49,236 nt of DNA from Candidatus Magasanikiibacteriota bacterium (GCA_016234265.1 JACRFW010000054.1:1-49236), one strand, 5' to 3'; shown: positions 34,122 to 43,999, counted from the first letter of the stretch. Notes: generated by a model from the sequence alone, not told the origin. Translations and numbers: made by a program.

Positions 34122-35153
34122 CTATGACAAAGGCTTAGCGTAATCGGTAAAAAGCAGCGATTCTTTGTGGGCGATGACGTAATCAATAGTTTTGCGCAGA
34201 CCATCTTCCAACCGCACCAGCGGAAACCACCCCAGCGCGTCTTTGGCATAGGCAATATCCGGAGTACCTTTACGACTCAAAAAGAGTAGCGGTTTTTCAA
34301 ATACGAGTTCTGAATGCGAATTGGTAAGTTCAATGATCTGCTTGGCAACATCGGCGTATTTAACAGCTTGGTCACCGCCCAAGTTCATTACTTTAACCTC
34401 CGGGTCGCTCCCCATGAGGCGCACCAGCCCATCAACCGTGTCAGTGACATAGCACAGACTGGTGGAAAAACTTTCATCGCCATAAATAACCAGGTTCTTA
34501 CCCTCCAGAGCGTTGATAATAAAGTCCGGAATCAGTTGTCTCTCAAACAACCGCATGTGCGGGCCATAGGTGGTGAAGACGCGGGCAATCTTGACTTCCA
34601 GCCCATGCACCTGCCGATAGGTTTCCACACAAGTTTCGGCAAAGCGTTTGCCTTCGTCGTAACAGGCGCGAGCGGAGAGATGGTCCACTACCCCCAAGTC
34701 TGTTTCTTTGAGGCCACTGCCAGTCTGGCTATCACCGTAAACGACCGCGCTGGAGGTGAAAAGATATTTCGCGTGGTATTTCACGGCCAAATCTAGCGTA
34801 TTGACCATGGCAGAGGAATTTGCCCAGAGTGATTGTAGTTTTAATTTTTCAAAGTCTTTCGGGTTAGTGGGACAAGCCAGATGATAAATCTCCTGGATGC
34901 CCTGGAATTTCACCTTGAACTTGTCCAGTTCATCATAGGTATCCAGATCAATCGGCTTGTTGACGTCATAGTTAATGAACTCAAAATCGGGATACTGTAA
35001 AAGATGGCTAATCGTGCTGGGATGCGAATTGGAAAAATTGTCAATACAGATGACGTTCGCCTCTTTGAGGAGACGTTCGCAAAGGTGCGAACCGATAAAG
35101 CCGGCACCGCCGGTCACGACCACGTTTTTTTTCTCAAAAATAGGGATATCCAT
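34122..35153 (-). CDS. NAD-dependent epimerase/dehydratase (UDP-glucuronate decarboxylase-like)
   Basis: TGGAGFIGSHL, YHLACP, CYDEGKR (YxxxK). Confidence 0.9.
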   Translation of the reverse strand: MDIPIFEKKNVVVTGGAGFIGSHLCERLLKEANVICIDNFSNSHPSTISHLLQYPDFEFINYDVNKPIDLDTYDELDKFKVKFQGIQEIYHLACPTNPKDFEKLKLQSLWANSSAMVNTLDLAVKYHAKYLFTSSAVVYGDSQTGSGLKETDLGVVDHLSARACYDEGKRFAETCVETYRQVHGLEVKIARVFTTYGPHMRLFERQLIPDFIINALEGKNLVIYGDESFSTSLCYVTDTVDGLVRLMGSDPEVKVMNLGGDQAVKYADVAKQIIELTNSHSELVFEKPLLFLSRKGTPDIAYAKDALGWFPLVRLEDGLRKTIDYVIAHKESLLFTDYAKPLS

Positions 35154-35196
35154 AGATATATTTTCTCACTAATAATAACACCTAAAAACAAAGCGG

Positions 35197-37179
35197 TCAA
35201 TCAATTTTACCGTCAATTTTCGGGACAGCGACTGACGGCAGCAGGGCGCCTGATTCGTTGAACACGCCGAACACCCCCCCCTCCGGTTGAAACGGCAGGA
35301 GCGATGGACGAGCGCCGCCGGCGCTGGTCACAGCCACAACCTTCCAGGGAGAGCGCGCGGCGCTATCCTGAATCTCATCAAAACGATAGCTGCCGCTCGG
35401 CAAATCAAGCACCACCAAACTAACAGCGGAGTTGTCCCGGACAACCATAGCCAGCTCCTCACCGGACCCCGGCCAGAAATGGCCGATGGCCGAGGCCACC
35501 ACTACCTGTACCCCGGGGATGCTCGCCTGAAGCGCCTCGCCTTGATCGTCAAACGGCAGCTGATTGATTACAGCGACCCCCCGGCGCGCCACCATGGCAA
35601 CGACAGCGCGGCTCTCCGCGCTGACTCGCCAATCACTCACGACGGCGGCTACGCTCACTTCTTTCAGCTTTTTGCCGGCGCCATTGAATTCAATAAAAAT
35701 AGTTTTTCTGCTGCGCGTATCAAACTGCTCCACCACGGGGAAAATACCCTCTTCAGCCACAAAAGCGCGAAGGGATTTTGTCAGACGCCGCGGAGCAGCC
35801 GGCAGAACAAAATCACGGGCGATGATAGCCCCTTTTTCTGACAGTTGGCGGACAATAAAGGCGCGACCGCGTTTGAACAAAATAACTGCGCGTTTTTCGG
35901 TGCCACCCTGGCTTTGCGCCTCTCCGGCGCTGACAATTTCCCCGTCGGAAACGGCCGCCATCAGATCAACGGTGCCGTTTTTAACCGACCGACGCCATAG
36001 GGCGTGAGCATCATAATAATACAGCGCCCCATCCAAAGTTCTTTCCGGAGATTCCGCCTGATTGGCGCTCGCGAGCGCGCGTCCGACATTCAGCCGGCCA
36101 ACGCCGATTTTCCCAAGATAACCGGGGTTGGCGCTATCAATTTTATCGGCGGCATCTAACAATGTGGAGATGATGGCAGACGGCTGCCAATCGGGATGAA
36201 GACTCTTTAAGAGAGCGGCCGCGCCGGCCACCAGCGGCACAGCGAAAGATGTCCCTCTCCACTCACCACCAAATTCATAATTATAGCCAAATTGAGGCGC
36301 GTATCGCTCAGTGGAAAAAACCCCCTCACCGGGCGCGGCGATGTCAACACAACGCCCATAATCGCTAAAGCGACTCAAATGATCAGACGCGTCAACAGAC
36401 GCAACGGTGAGGAGCCAATTGACGCTGTCACCACTGTCAAAACAGGCCGGATAGAGCGGCGCGGTGTCCAGATCTCCCGAAACTTCCCGGCCGTGATTGC
36501 CGGCAGCGGTGACAATCACCACTCCTTTTTCATAGGCGCGGCGCAGAGCCTCCCGCAGAGCCCCCACCGGATCTTCGCCAATAAAGCTCATGCTGATTAC
36601 ATTGGCCCCGTTGGCCACGGCATATTCTACGGCGGCAGTTACCTGCCGGAACGACCCGGAACCGGAACTGTCAATAGCCCGCAGGGGCATAATGCGTACC
36701 CGCCAATTGAGGCCGGCGCCGTCGCGGCTATTATCACCAAGCGCGCCAATCAGCCCGGCAATGATAGTGCCATGACGCACCGCCTCCGGATCGTCCTTAA
36801 CATCAAACACCGACGTGCGCACGTTGTTATTGTTCTCAACAAAATTCCAGCCATTGACATCATCTACATATCCATTGCGGTCATCATCAAGGCCGTTGTC
36901 CGGAATCTCTCCCGGGTTTGCCCAAATATTCCCGCGCAGGTCGTCATGCCATGTGTCAACGCCGGTATCAATAACGGCCACGACCACCCGGCGGGAACCG
37001 GTGCCATAGTCCCAAGCCGCCGGAGCGTTTATCTGGTTCCACATTTTTTCCTGGTCACTATAGCGTGGATCATCAGGTACGCGAGCCAGAACCGGCCGGG
37101 GAAGGATGAAAATGATGAGCAAAAGCCCGATGAGGCCGGAGGTTGCTTTTTCTGCTACAATACTATATAATTTGCTCAT
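35197..37179 (-). CDS. Secreted S8 (subtilisin-like) serine peptidase
   Basis: VIDTG, HGT, AAGN, GTSFA catalytic motifs; likely start 37179. Confidence 0.92.
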   Translation of the reverse strand: MSKLYSIVAEKATSGLIGLLLIIFILPRPVLARVPDDPRYSDQEKMWNQINAPAAWDYGTGSRRVVVAVIDTGVDTWHDDLRGNIWANPGEIPDNGLDDDRNGYVDDVNGWNFVENNNNVRTSVFDVKDDPEAVRHGTIIAGLIGALGDNSRDGAGLNWRVRIMPLRAIDSSGSGSFRQVTAAVEYAVANGANVISMSFIGEDPVGALREALRRAYEKGVVIVTAAGNHGREVSGDLDTAPLYPACFDSGDSVNWLLTVASVDASDHLSRFSDYGRCVDIAAPGEGVFSTERYAPQFGYNYEFGGEWRGTSFAVPLVAGAAALLKSLHPDWQPSAIISTLLDAADKIDSANPGYLGKIGVGRLNVGRALASANQAESPERTLDGALYYYDAHALWRRSVKNGTVDLMAAVSDGEIVSAGEAQSQGGTEKRAVILFKRGRAFIVRQLSEKGAIIARDFVLPAAPRRLTKSLRAFVAEEGIFPVVEQFDTRSRKTIFIEFNGAGKKLKEVSVAAVVSDWRVSAESRAVVAMVARRGVAVINQLPFDDQGEALQASIPGVQVVVASAIGHFWPGSGEELAMVVRDNSAVSLVVLDLPSGSYRFDEIQDSAARSPWKVVAVTSAGGARPSLLPFQPEGGVFGVFNESGALLPSVAVPKIDGKID

Positions 37180-37239
37180 ATATCCGTCTAGTATAACACA
37201 AAATAAAGCCGGAAACCAAGCTAGACGGCAGGGTTCAGT

Positions 37240-38622
37240 ATGTATTACCGCATCAAACAACTTCTACTCCTCAGCGGCGACATCATCGCGCTCTATGCCG
37301 GGTTTTATATCGGCGTTGCTTTGCGCTATCAGGAATGGGCGCCCCGCGAACTTCCTACCCTCCTCCCGCCAATCAGCCAATTATTTCTCGGGGCGGTCGT
37401 GGTCTTATTCATAATCGGCCTCTACGACATCGGCCGAATAAAGAACTCACGGACGCTGTACCAAAAAATACTGCTCTCGGCGGGAATCTGGGTCATCTTA
37501 GCCATCGTCTACTTCTACATTAAAATCACGGCGCTCGTTACCCCAAAAACTACCTTGCTCGGTATCACGCTCGGAAGCTTCGGATTGCTCGCCCTCTGGC
37601 GCACCTTCTACAACCGTTTCCTTTCCACTGTCATCTGGCGTACCAGCATTGTCTTCGCCGGCGTGTCCAATGAGGTGGCCGAGCTGGCTCACTTGATTAC
37701 CACCGAACCAGAACGCGGGTTTGTCATTGCCGGGCTTATAGTTCCACCCCAAAAAATCATTCCCGTCTCGCTCCAGGCTTACCCGGTGGCGGAAACGCTC
37801 ACTGAGTTAACCAAGAAAAATAACGCCCACTATCCGGAACTGGTCGTGCTCAACCCGGCTTTGCGAAACAACACGTCGCTTCTCGCCGAGCTGTATCACG
37901 CCATTTTTCGCCAGATCACCATCCTGGATCTCGCCGAATTTTATGAAACTATGTTCCGGCGCATCCCGCCCTTTACCTTTTCCGAGGCTTGGTTTATCAC
38001 CAACCTCAAAGAACAGCGCCGCAAAATTTATGATCGCGCCCGCATCCTTGTTGATTACGCGCTGGCTCTCATTATGCTCATACCATTCGGGATTACTTTC
38101 CCGTTTATAGCGGCGCTCGTTTTGGCCACCTCCCCCGGCCCGGTATTTTTCAAACAAAAAAGGGTGGGACGGCTCGGCCGGGTATTCACAATTTATAAAT
38201 ACCGTACCATGCTCAGTCTGAACCCTGATGGCAGCGCCGAAACAGCCGGACCGCAGTTTGCGGAGGTCGGTGACCGCCGCGTTACCGCTGTCGGCCGGCT
38301 ACTCCGCCGCACGCGACTGGACGAGCTTCCGCAGGCGCTTAATATCCTGCGCGGCGACATGAGCCTGATCGGCCCCCGACCGGAACGGCCGGAATTTGTG
38401 AAACAATTGACTGAAGCGATGCCATTTTACACCGTGCGCCACCTCGTGAAACCTGGGCTCACCGGCTGGGCCCAGCTCCAGCAGGCCTATTACGGCGACA
38501 TTGAAGAGAACCTCTACAAGCTCCAGTACGACCTCTACTACATAAAAAATAGAAACTTTTTCTTTGACGCCACAATCCTGCTCAAGACGGTGGCGATTAT
38601 TGCCCGCTTCATGGGGCGATGA
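37240..38622 (+). CDS. Polyprenyl-phosphate glycosylphosphotransferase (WcaJ/WbaP family)
   Basis: KYRTM, RLDELPQ, GDMSLIGPRPE, KPGLTGWAQ, YDLYY. Confidence 0.92.
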   Translation: MYYRIKQLLLLSGDIIALYAGFYIGVALRYQEWAPRELPTLLPPISQLFLGAVVVLFIIGLYDIGRIKNSRTLYQKILLSAGIWVILAIVYFYIKITALVTPKTTLLGITLGSFGLLALWRTFYNRFLSTVIWRTSIVFAGVSNEVAELAHLITTEPERGFVIAGLIVPPQKIIPVSLQAYPVAETLTELTKKNNAHYPELVVLNPALRNNTSLLAELYHAIFRQITILDLAEFYETMFRRIPPFTFSEAWFITNLKEQRRKIYDRARILVDYALALIMLIPFGITFPFIAALVLATSPGPVFFKQKRVGRLGRVFTIYKYRTMLSLNPDGSAETAGPQFAEVGDRRVTAVGRLLRRTRLDELPQALNILRGDMSLIGPRPERPEFVKQLTEAMPFYTVRHLVKPGLTGWAQLQQAYYGDIEENLYKLQYDLYYIKNRNFFFDATILLKTVAIIARFMGR

Positions 38623-38624
38623 GG

Positions 38625-40253
38625 TCACTGCTTCAGCGCCGCTTCCATCAGCCCGACGAAAAGCGGATGCGGAGCAAGCGGACGGCTCTTGAACTCCGGG
38701 TGGAACTGAACGCCGATAAAATACGGATGATCTTTGAGTTCAACTATCTCAACGAGATTTGTTTCCGGATTCACTCCGACAATATCAAAACCGTTTTTCT
38801 CCAGTTCCGAGCGATACTTGTTATCAAATTCATAACGATGGCGGTGGCGCTCGCCAATCTTCAGTTGGCCATAAGCCTGGTGCGCCCGGCTGCCCTTTTT
38901 CAAATCGCAGGCATAACTGCCCAGCCGCATCGTGCCGCCATAGCGGTTCTGGTTGATATTTTCTTGCTGATACGGATTGACGTTGATAACCAAGTGTTTT
39001 GAATTTTTATTCACTTCCACCGTGTGGGCGTCGGCGTAGCCAAGCACATTCCTGGCAAATTCAATACACGCCAGTTGCATGCCATAACAGAGGCCGAGAT
39101 ACGGAATTTTTTTCTCACGGGCGCACTGGATCGCTTTGATGATGCCTTCAATGCCGCGCGTTCCAAACCCGCCCGGCACAATGAGCGCGTCAAAATTTTT
39201 AAGCTCCTCAACCCGCTGCGGATCTTTTTCATAGTTTTCGGAATCAATCCAGGTCATCTCCGGCTGAACGCCGTTGGCCCAGGCGGCATGTTTCACCGCT
39301 TGAATGACGGAAATGTAAGAATCGGCCAAAGTGAAATCGCCAGTGGCAAAGTATTTGCCCACTACGGCGATTTTGACCGTCTTTTTTATCGTTTCCATCT
39401 TGCGCAAAAAGACGTCCCACTCATTACTTCTCTGTTTAGCATCCAATTTTATTTTCAAACGTTTAGCCAAAAGCTGTCCGAAATTTTGTTTCTCCAAAAC
39501 GCCCGGGATCTCATAGATATTTTTCACGTCCGGCGCCGAGACGATATTCTCCGGTTTCATCCAGCAAAACAGCGCTAATTTTTCTTTACGGGGCTTGTCT
39601 AAAGCATATTTGCCGCGGGCGATGATGAAATCGGCCTGCAGACCGGCGTTGTTTAAAGTGCGGGCCGCGTGCTGGGTCGGCTTGGTCTTCATTTCGCCCA
39701 AATGCGACGGCACCGGCATATAGCCCACCAGCACAATCGCCACATCATCCGGATTATCAAGTTTCATCATCCGGGCGGCTTCCAAAAACAAAATATTTTC
39801 ATACTCGCCCACCGTGCCGCCGACCTCCACTACCATCATCTCAGCGTTAGTATGCTTGACAGCTTTTTTAATTCGATCAATGACCTCAAACGGTATATGC
39901 GGCACCACCTGTACGCACTTGCCTTTATAATACATGCTGCGCTCTTTTTCTATAACACTCTGATAGACCCGGCCGGTGGTCATGTAATTGCTTGAGAATA
40001 AGTCAGCTCCCAGAAACCGTTCGTAGTTGCCCATATCCTGGTCGGTCTCGTCGCCGTCTTCGGTGACGTATACCTCACCATGCTCCACCGGGTTCATGGT
40101 GCCAGCATCCACGTTGATATACGGGTCAATCTTGATGGCGGAAACTCGTTTGCCATAATTTTTGAAAATCCGGCCGATAGAGGCCGTGGTAACACCTTTG
40201 CCAACGCCGGAAAGCACTCCGCCAATAACGAAAATATATTTAGTTTTTGACAT
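38625..40253 (-). CDS. pyrG: CTP synthase
   Basis: GGVLSGVGKG, KIDPYINVDAGTM, KTKPTQH, GLCYGMQ, QFHPEF. Confidence 0.98.
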   Translation of the reverse strand: MSKTKYIFVIGGVLSGVGKGVTTASIGRIFKNYGKRVSAIKIDPYINVDAGTMNPVEHGEVYVTEDGDETDQDMGNYERFLGADLFSSNYMTTGRVYQSVIEKERSMYYKGKCVQVVPHIPFEVIDRIKKAVKHTNAEMMVVEVGGTVGEYENILFLEAARMMKLDNPDDVAIVLVGYMPVPSHLGEMKTKPTQHAARTLNNAGLQADFIIARGKYALDKPRKEKLALFCWMKPENIVSAPDVKNIYEIPGVLEKQNFGQLLAKRLKIKLDAKQRSNEWDVFLRKMETIKKTVKIAVVGKYFATGDFTLADSYISVIQAVKHAAWANGVQPEMTWIDSENYEKDPQRVEELKNFDALIVPGGFGTRGIEGIIKAIQCAREKKIPYLGLCYGMQLACIEFARNVLGYADAHTVEVNKNSKHLVINVNPYQQENINQNRYGGTMRLGSYACDLKKGSRAHQAYGQLKIGERHRHRYEFDNKYRSELEKNGFDIVGVNPETNLVEIVELKDHPYFIGVQFHPEFKSRPLAPHPLFVGLMEAALKQ

Positions 40254-40266
40254 ATTTTTTTTAGAA

Positions 40267-40293
40267 AAACATCCCGATTCAGTCGGGATGTTT
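40267..40293. terminator. Hairpin between rplI and pyrG
   Basis: AAACATCCCGA-ttcag-TCGGGATGTTT followed by T-run on the minus strand. Confidence 0.6.
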
Positions 40294-40745
40294 CAGTTAT
40301 TTTTAGTGGGCGGAGTTATAACCACGCTCACGGTCGCTTCCAGGCCGTGCCGGAATTTTATCTTCACGGGGAAAGTGCCTGCTTCTTTGAGTGGTTTCAT
40401 AATGATTTGCTCGGGAGTAATTTGGTAGCCCGCTTTTTTGAGCGCCTCGGCCACTTTCACCGCGGTGACCGCGGCGTAGAGGTGGCCAGCTTCACTCACT
40501 TTTTCTTTGAGTTCAATTTCTTGGCCTTCAATTTTTTCGGCCACCTTTTGCTGAAGACTTAAATCGCGTTCGGCTTCCTTGGCCACCCTTTTGTGCTTCA
40601 GGGCCAAATCGTTGGTGGCTTTTTCCGATGCCGGCACTGCCAAATGGCGCGCAAACAAAAAATTCCGCGCGTACCCGTCAGCGACCTCTTTGATGTCATC
40701 GGCCCGCCCCACTCCGGGCACGTTTTGTAACAAAATAACTTTCAT
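40293..40745 (-). CDS. rplI: 50S ribosomal protein L9
   Basis: MKVILLQNV...[11 protein letters not shown]. Confidence 0.96.
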   Translation of the reverse strand: MKVILLQNVPGVGRADDIKEVADGYARNFLFARHLAVPASEKATNDLALKHKRVAKEAERDLSLQQKVAEKIEGQEIELKEKVSEAGHLYAAVTAVKVAEALKKAGYQITPEQIIMKPLKEAGTFPVKIKFRHGLEATVSVVITPPTKNN

Positions 40746-40817
40746 AGCCACCCTTGCACTGTTTTGCTATTTCCCGTAATATGATACTACGATTTAATGG
40801 AATAGGCAACTGGAAAT

Positions 40818-41687
40818 ATGACAACCAACCAACTAATTCTCAAGAGCGGCATCATCACCCTAGTCGGCCGATCAAACGTGGGCAAGTCCACCCTTTTGAA
40901 CACCCTCGTCGGCACCAAAATCGCCGCGGTGACCGACAAACCGCAAACCACGCGCAATGTGATTCACGGGGTGCTTAACCATCCGCGCGGACAAGCGGTC
41001 TTTGTGGACACCCCGGGCGTGTTCAAAGAGCATCACAACCACCTCACAGCTCAACTCACCGAAAGCGTCAACGAATCGCTCCGTGAAATTGACCTGGCCA
41101 TTTATGTGGTTGACCCCACCAGATCTATCGGCGCGGAAGAACGCGCGGTTATGGCCATGCTGCGGCGGCTCACCATTCCCAAAATATTGGTAATCAACAA
41201 AAGTGAACTGCCAGAGAGCGAGAAAGAATTCATTGAAGACTACCGGGCCATGGCGCCAGACTTCGCGGCTGTGTTTGAACTCTCGGCCCTGCACCACCGC
41301 CATGTGGAACCGCTGATTGAAAAAGTGTTTGACCTTCTGCCCGCGGGCGAACCGCTCTACCCGGAGAACCAACTCACCAATGTTGATAAAAAATTCTGGA
41401 CGGCGGAAATTATCCGGGAAAAAATTTTTCTGGCCTTGCGCAAAGAGGTGCCCTATACCACCCATGTAGAGGTGCTAGAAATGGAAGAAAAACCAAAAAT
41501 TTTCGTCATCAAGGCGGTGATTTACACCTACGACCGCCGCTACAAACAAATGATCATCGGCGCGGGCGGGCGGGCGATTAAAGAAATCGGCATCGCCGCC
41601 CGCAAAGAACTGGAGCAGGCCACGGGCAAAAAAGTCTTCCTGGAATTAGAGGTGGAAACCGATAAACACTGGATGGAGAGGGTTTAA
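40818..41687 (+). CDS. era: GTPase Era
   Basis: GRSNVGKST, KPQTTR, DTPG, EIIREK, EVPY, IIGAGG KH domain. Confidence 0.96.
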   Translation: MTTNQLILKSGIITLVGRSNVGKSTLLNTLVGTKIAAVTDKPQTTRNVIHGVLNHPRGQAVFVDTPGVFKEHHNHLTAQLTESVNESLREIDLAIYVVDPTRSIGAEERAVMAMLRRLTIPKILVINKSELPESEKEFIEDYRAMAPDFAAVFELSALHHRHVEPLIEKVFDLLPAGEPLYPENQLTNVDKKFWTAEIIREKIFLALRKEVPYTTHVEVLEMEEKPKIFVIKAVIYTYDRRYKQMIIGAGGRAIKEIGIAARKELEQATGKKVFLELEVETDKHWMERV

Positions 41688-41690
41688 AAG

Positions 41691-41736
41691 TTATCCACAT
41701 TTCTCTGTTGACGACAGCGCTAAAAAAGCGTAAACT
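41691..41736 (+). promoter_or_regulatory. DnaA box plus sigma-70 promoter for the orphan high-GC3 gene
   Basis: TTATCCACA (41691-99); TTGACG (41708-13), 17 nt, TAAACT (41731-36). Confidence 0.65.
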
Positions 41737-41849
41737 TTTGATTATGTTCGTTTTATTTTCATTTTTTGGCTTATTTTAGCCAAAAAATGAAGAAACAACA
41801 CGTACTTTACAACTTAATCACACCCCAAAAAGTCTCCACAAAAAATCCA

Positions 41850-42001
41850 AAGACTTGGGATATAGGCGCATTTCGCAAGAATTGCTTCAATATCCCAAGT
41901 CTTAAAGAGTCGGGATTTCCACCGGGCACCCGCTCGCCGATTCGCCTTGACCAAGGTGGTTGAGGTAATTACGTGGAAAAACCACGAGGAGTACCACCAC
42001 C
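41850..42001 (+). other. Structured 5' leader (candidate cis-acting RNA) ending in GAGGAG SD
   Basis: 14-bp perfect stem 41850-63/41890-903 with GCAA-capped inner hairpin, three further hairpins, SD at 41986-91. Confidence 0.55.
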
Positions 42002-42487
42002 ATGAACACGTCCTACTTCGTCCTGCCGCACAAGCGCTCGCCCAAGGCCCTCACCGCCCTCGTCCTCGCCACCACCGCGACCGGCGCGAAGACCATCGAC
42101 ATGAAGGACCCGAACACCATCAAGGCGTACGGGCGGATCGCCGCCATCGAGCCGGCCGTCGCGTACCTCGCCCGGAAGCGCGGCAAGGTCCTCGCCACGG
42201 CCGCCGACTTCGAGACCATGCTCCAGGAGATCCGCACGGGCAAGCTCAACTGCCGCGAGCGCGCGGGCATCGCGAAGATCTACGACGCGCACGCCAGGAT
42301 CGCGAACCTGCAGGCGAAGGGCCTCGAGGGCATCACCGGCGAGAACTTCCGGCCGTCCATCGCCCTGCGCGAGGCCGCGGGCATGAGCACCTGGGGCGAC
42401 GACAACCAGCAGGTGAACGAGCGCTTCAGCGAGTTCAAGGAGGTCGTCGAGGCGTACTTCGCCACCCAGAAGGAGTTCGTGAACTAG
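42002..42487 (+). CDS. Orphan 161-aa protein, every codon ending in G or C
   Basis: Codon-by-codon reading: 162/162 codons incl. TAG end in G/C; SD GAGGAG 10 nt upstream. Confidence 0.85.
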   Translation: MNTSYFVLPHKRSPKALTALVLATTATGAKTIDMKDPNTIKAYGRIAAIEPAVAYLARKRGKVLATAADFETMLQEIRTGKLNCRERAGIAKIYDAHARIANLQAKGLEGITGENFRPSIALREAAGMSTWGDDNQQVNERFSEFKEVVEAYFATQKEFVN

Positions 42488-42612
42488 GTCCGCGGGGGAC
42501 CAACGGGGTGTGATAACATCTACAGCAGCTCGTAAAGTGCTAACGGTGCGGAGCCAAGGCTCCCGCACCCCGTCTCATCTTGATCTTTGAAACCAAAGGT
42601 CGTGAATAGACG
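42487..42612 (+). other. Structured 3' UTR (candidate ncRNA element)
   Basis: Several hairpins and an 8-bp long-range helix ACGGGGTG/CACCCCGT. Confidence 0.5.
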
Positions 42613-42614
42613 AT

Positions 42615-42649
42615 AAAAAACCCTGAACCAGAACGGTACAGGGTTTTTT
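42615..42649. terminator. Bidirectional intrinsic terminator
   Basis: AAAAAACCCTGAACC-agaac-GGTACAGGGTTTTTT. Confidence 0.85.
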
Positions 42650-42665
42650 GTTTCTCTGCTATTGG

Positions 42666-42693
42666 GGGATCCTTCGCTTTGCTCAGGATGACA
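42666..42693. repeat. Family B half element
   Basis: Exact reverse complement of 28022-28049 (28 bp). Confidence 0.85.
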
Positions 42694-42703
42694 GCCGATG
42701 CTG

Positions 42704-43978
42704 TCACTTCTTTATTCCCAAAATCTCGTAGGCTTTGTCAATCATCACGTCCTGCCCGACTTGTTCCTGGTCAAAGTCTTCTTTCACAACAGTGTCTGGG
42801 GTTATCCCCTTCTCATTGATATTATTGCCATTCGGGGTATACCACTCGGCCACGGTAATTTTAAGCGCGGAGCCATCGGGCAAATTTTCAAACTCCTGCA
42901 CCGACCCTTTGCCGAAAGTTTTTTCGCCGACCACGGTAGCGGCTTTCTGATCCTGCAGAGCGCCGGCCACGATTTCCGAGGCCGAGGCCGAGCCGCCGTT
43001 AACCAAGACCACCGTCTTCAGGCCGGCCAAGCGATGCAGACCTTCGGTTTCATGGACATTTTCCCGGCCGCCGCTGAACTTTTCGCTGACGATAACGCCG
43101 TCCGTAATCCACTCGCTCGCCATGGCGACCGCGGCGTCCAGATAGCCGCCCGGGTTATTGCGCAAGTCCAAAATAATAGCCGCGGCTTTCCGGTCTTTGA
43201 GCATGCCAATGTAGCGCGAAAGATTGGGCGTGGTCTGATCGTTAAACTGCATAATGCGCAGATAGGCCACCCCGCCCGGGCGCATGGAAAAGAGCACCGA
43301 TGGCACATTGATAGTGGCGCGATGAATGGTAAGGTCGCGCGGTTTGTCCCAGCCAGCGCGCATGATGGTGAGAACGACGGTGGTGGTAGTGGAACCGCGG
43401 ATATGCTCAACCGCCGTAGATACGTCCATGCCGAGCGTTGATTTCCGATCAATCGCCAGAATCCGGTCCGCCGGGCGAAGGCCGGCGCGCTCGGCTGGGG
43501 TGTCCGGCAGTGGAGCGATCACCATCAACTGATTATTTTTATTTCCAATTTCCGCGCCAATGCCGCCAAACTCCCCGGCCAGGCTTTTGGTGAACTCGGC
43601 CGCGGGGGCCGGCGGGAAAAATACCGAGTAGGGGTCGCCGAGGCCATACACCAGACCCTGCAGAGCGCCATAGAACAGCTCGCTGTCTTTCACCGGTTGT
43701 TTGACATACTTTTCCCGCACTTTGTCCCACACCGTCCAAAATTGAACGAAGTCAACGTCTTTGGAATGATTGACGCCCCGATCAATATTGATGACGTCAG
43801 AGACTGCTACCCGGCTATCGCTTGAGGACAGTTGTTTCTTTAAAATCATGGCCCGGCCAATGAATATGCCGGAACCAAAAGTTAAAATAAATAAAATAAC
43901 CGCGAGGTAGGTGCTGACATAGCGATGGGCGCGTTGTTTGGTCGGCGAAGGCGGGTTGGCAAACGGAAAATTGGCCAT
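42704..43978 (-). CDS. S41 carboxyl-terminal processing protease with PDZ domain
   Basis: DPYS, GIGAEI, DLRNNPGG, SASASEI, TFGKGSVQ. Confidence 0.95.
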   Translation of the reverse strand: MANFPFANPPSPTKQRAHRYVSTYLAVILFILTFGSGIFIGRAMILKKQLSSSDSRVAVSDVINIDRGVNHSKDVDFVQFWTVWDKVREKYVKQPVKDSELFYGALQGLVYGLGDPYSVFFPPAPAAEFTKSLAGEFGGIGAEIGNKNNQLMVIAPLPDTPAERAGLRPADRILAIDRKSTLGMDVSTAVEHIRGSTTTTVVLTIMRAGWDKPRDLTIHRATINVPSVLFSMRPGGVAYLRIMQFNDQTTPNLSRYIGMLKDRKAAAIILDLRNNPGGYLDAAVAMASEWITDGVIVSEKFSGGRENVHETEGLHRLAGLKTVVLVNGGSASASEIVAGALQDQKAATVVGEKTFGKGSVQEFENLPDGSALKITVAEWYTPNGNNINEKGITPDTVVKEDFDQEQVGQDVMIDKAYEILGIKK

Positions 43979-43999
43979 AGACTTTGATTATTTCATAAA

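Noticed and set aside
41691..41830. Replication origin (DnaA box plus AT-rich tract)
   Set aside because: Only one box and no dnaA/dnaN nearby; better explained as a promoter region
41994..42004. Kozak-like CCACCACCATG at the orphan gene start
   Set aside because: Short and plausibly chance; a well-spaced bacterial SD is present
41947..42568. Long overlapping ORFs 41947-42513 (+) and 41969-42568 (-)
   Set aside because: Shadow frames: G/C-only third positions in the real gene remove stop codons from alternative frames; biased R/H/P/G composition
41740..42650. Possible tmRNA, RNase P RNA or intron
   Set aside because: No tRNA-like ends, RNase P P4 signature or group I/II consensus could be recognised
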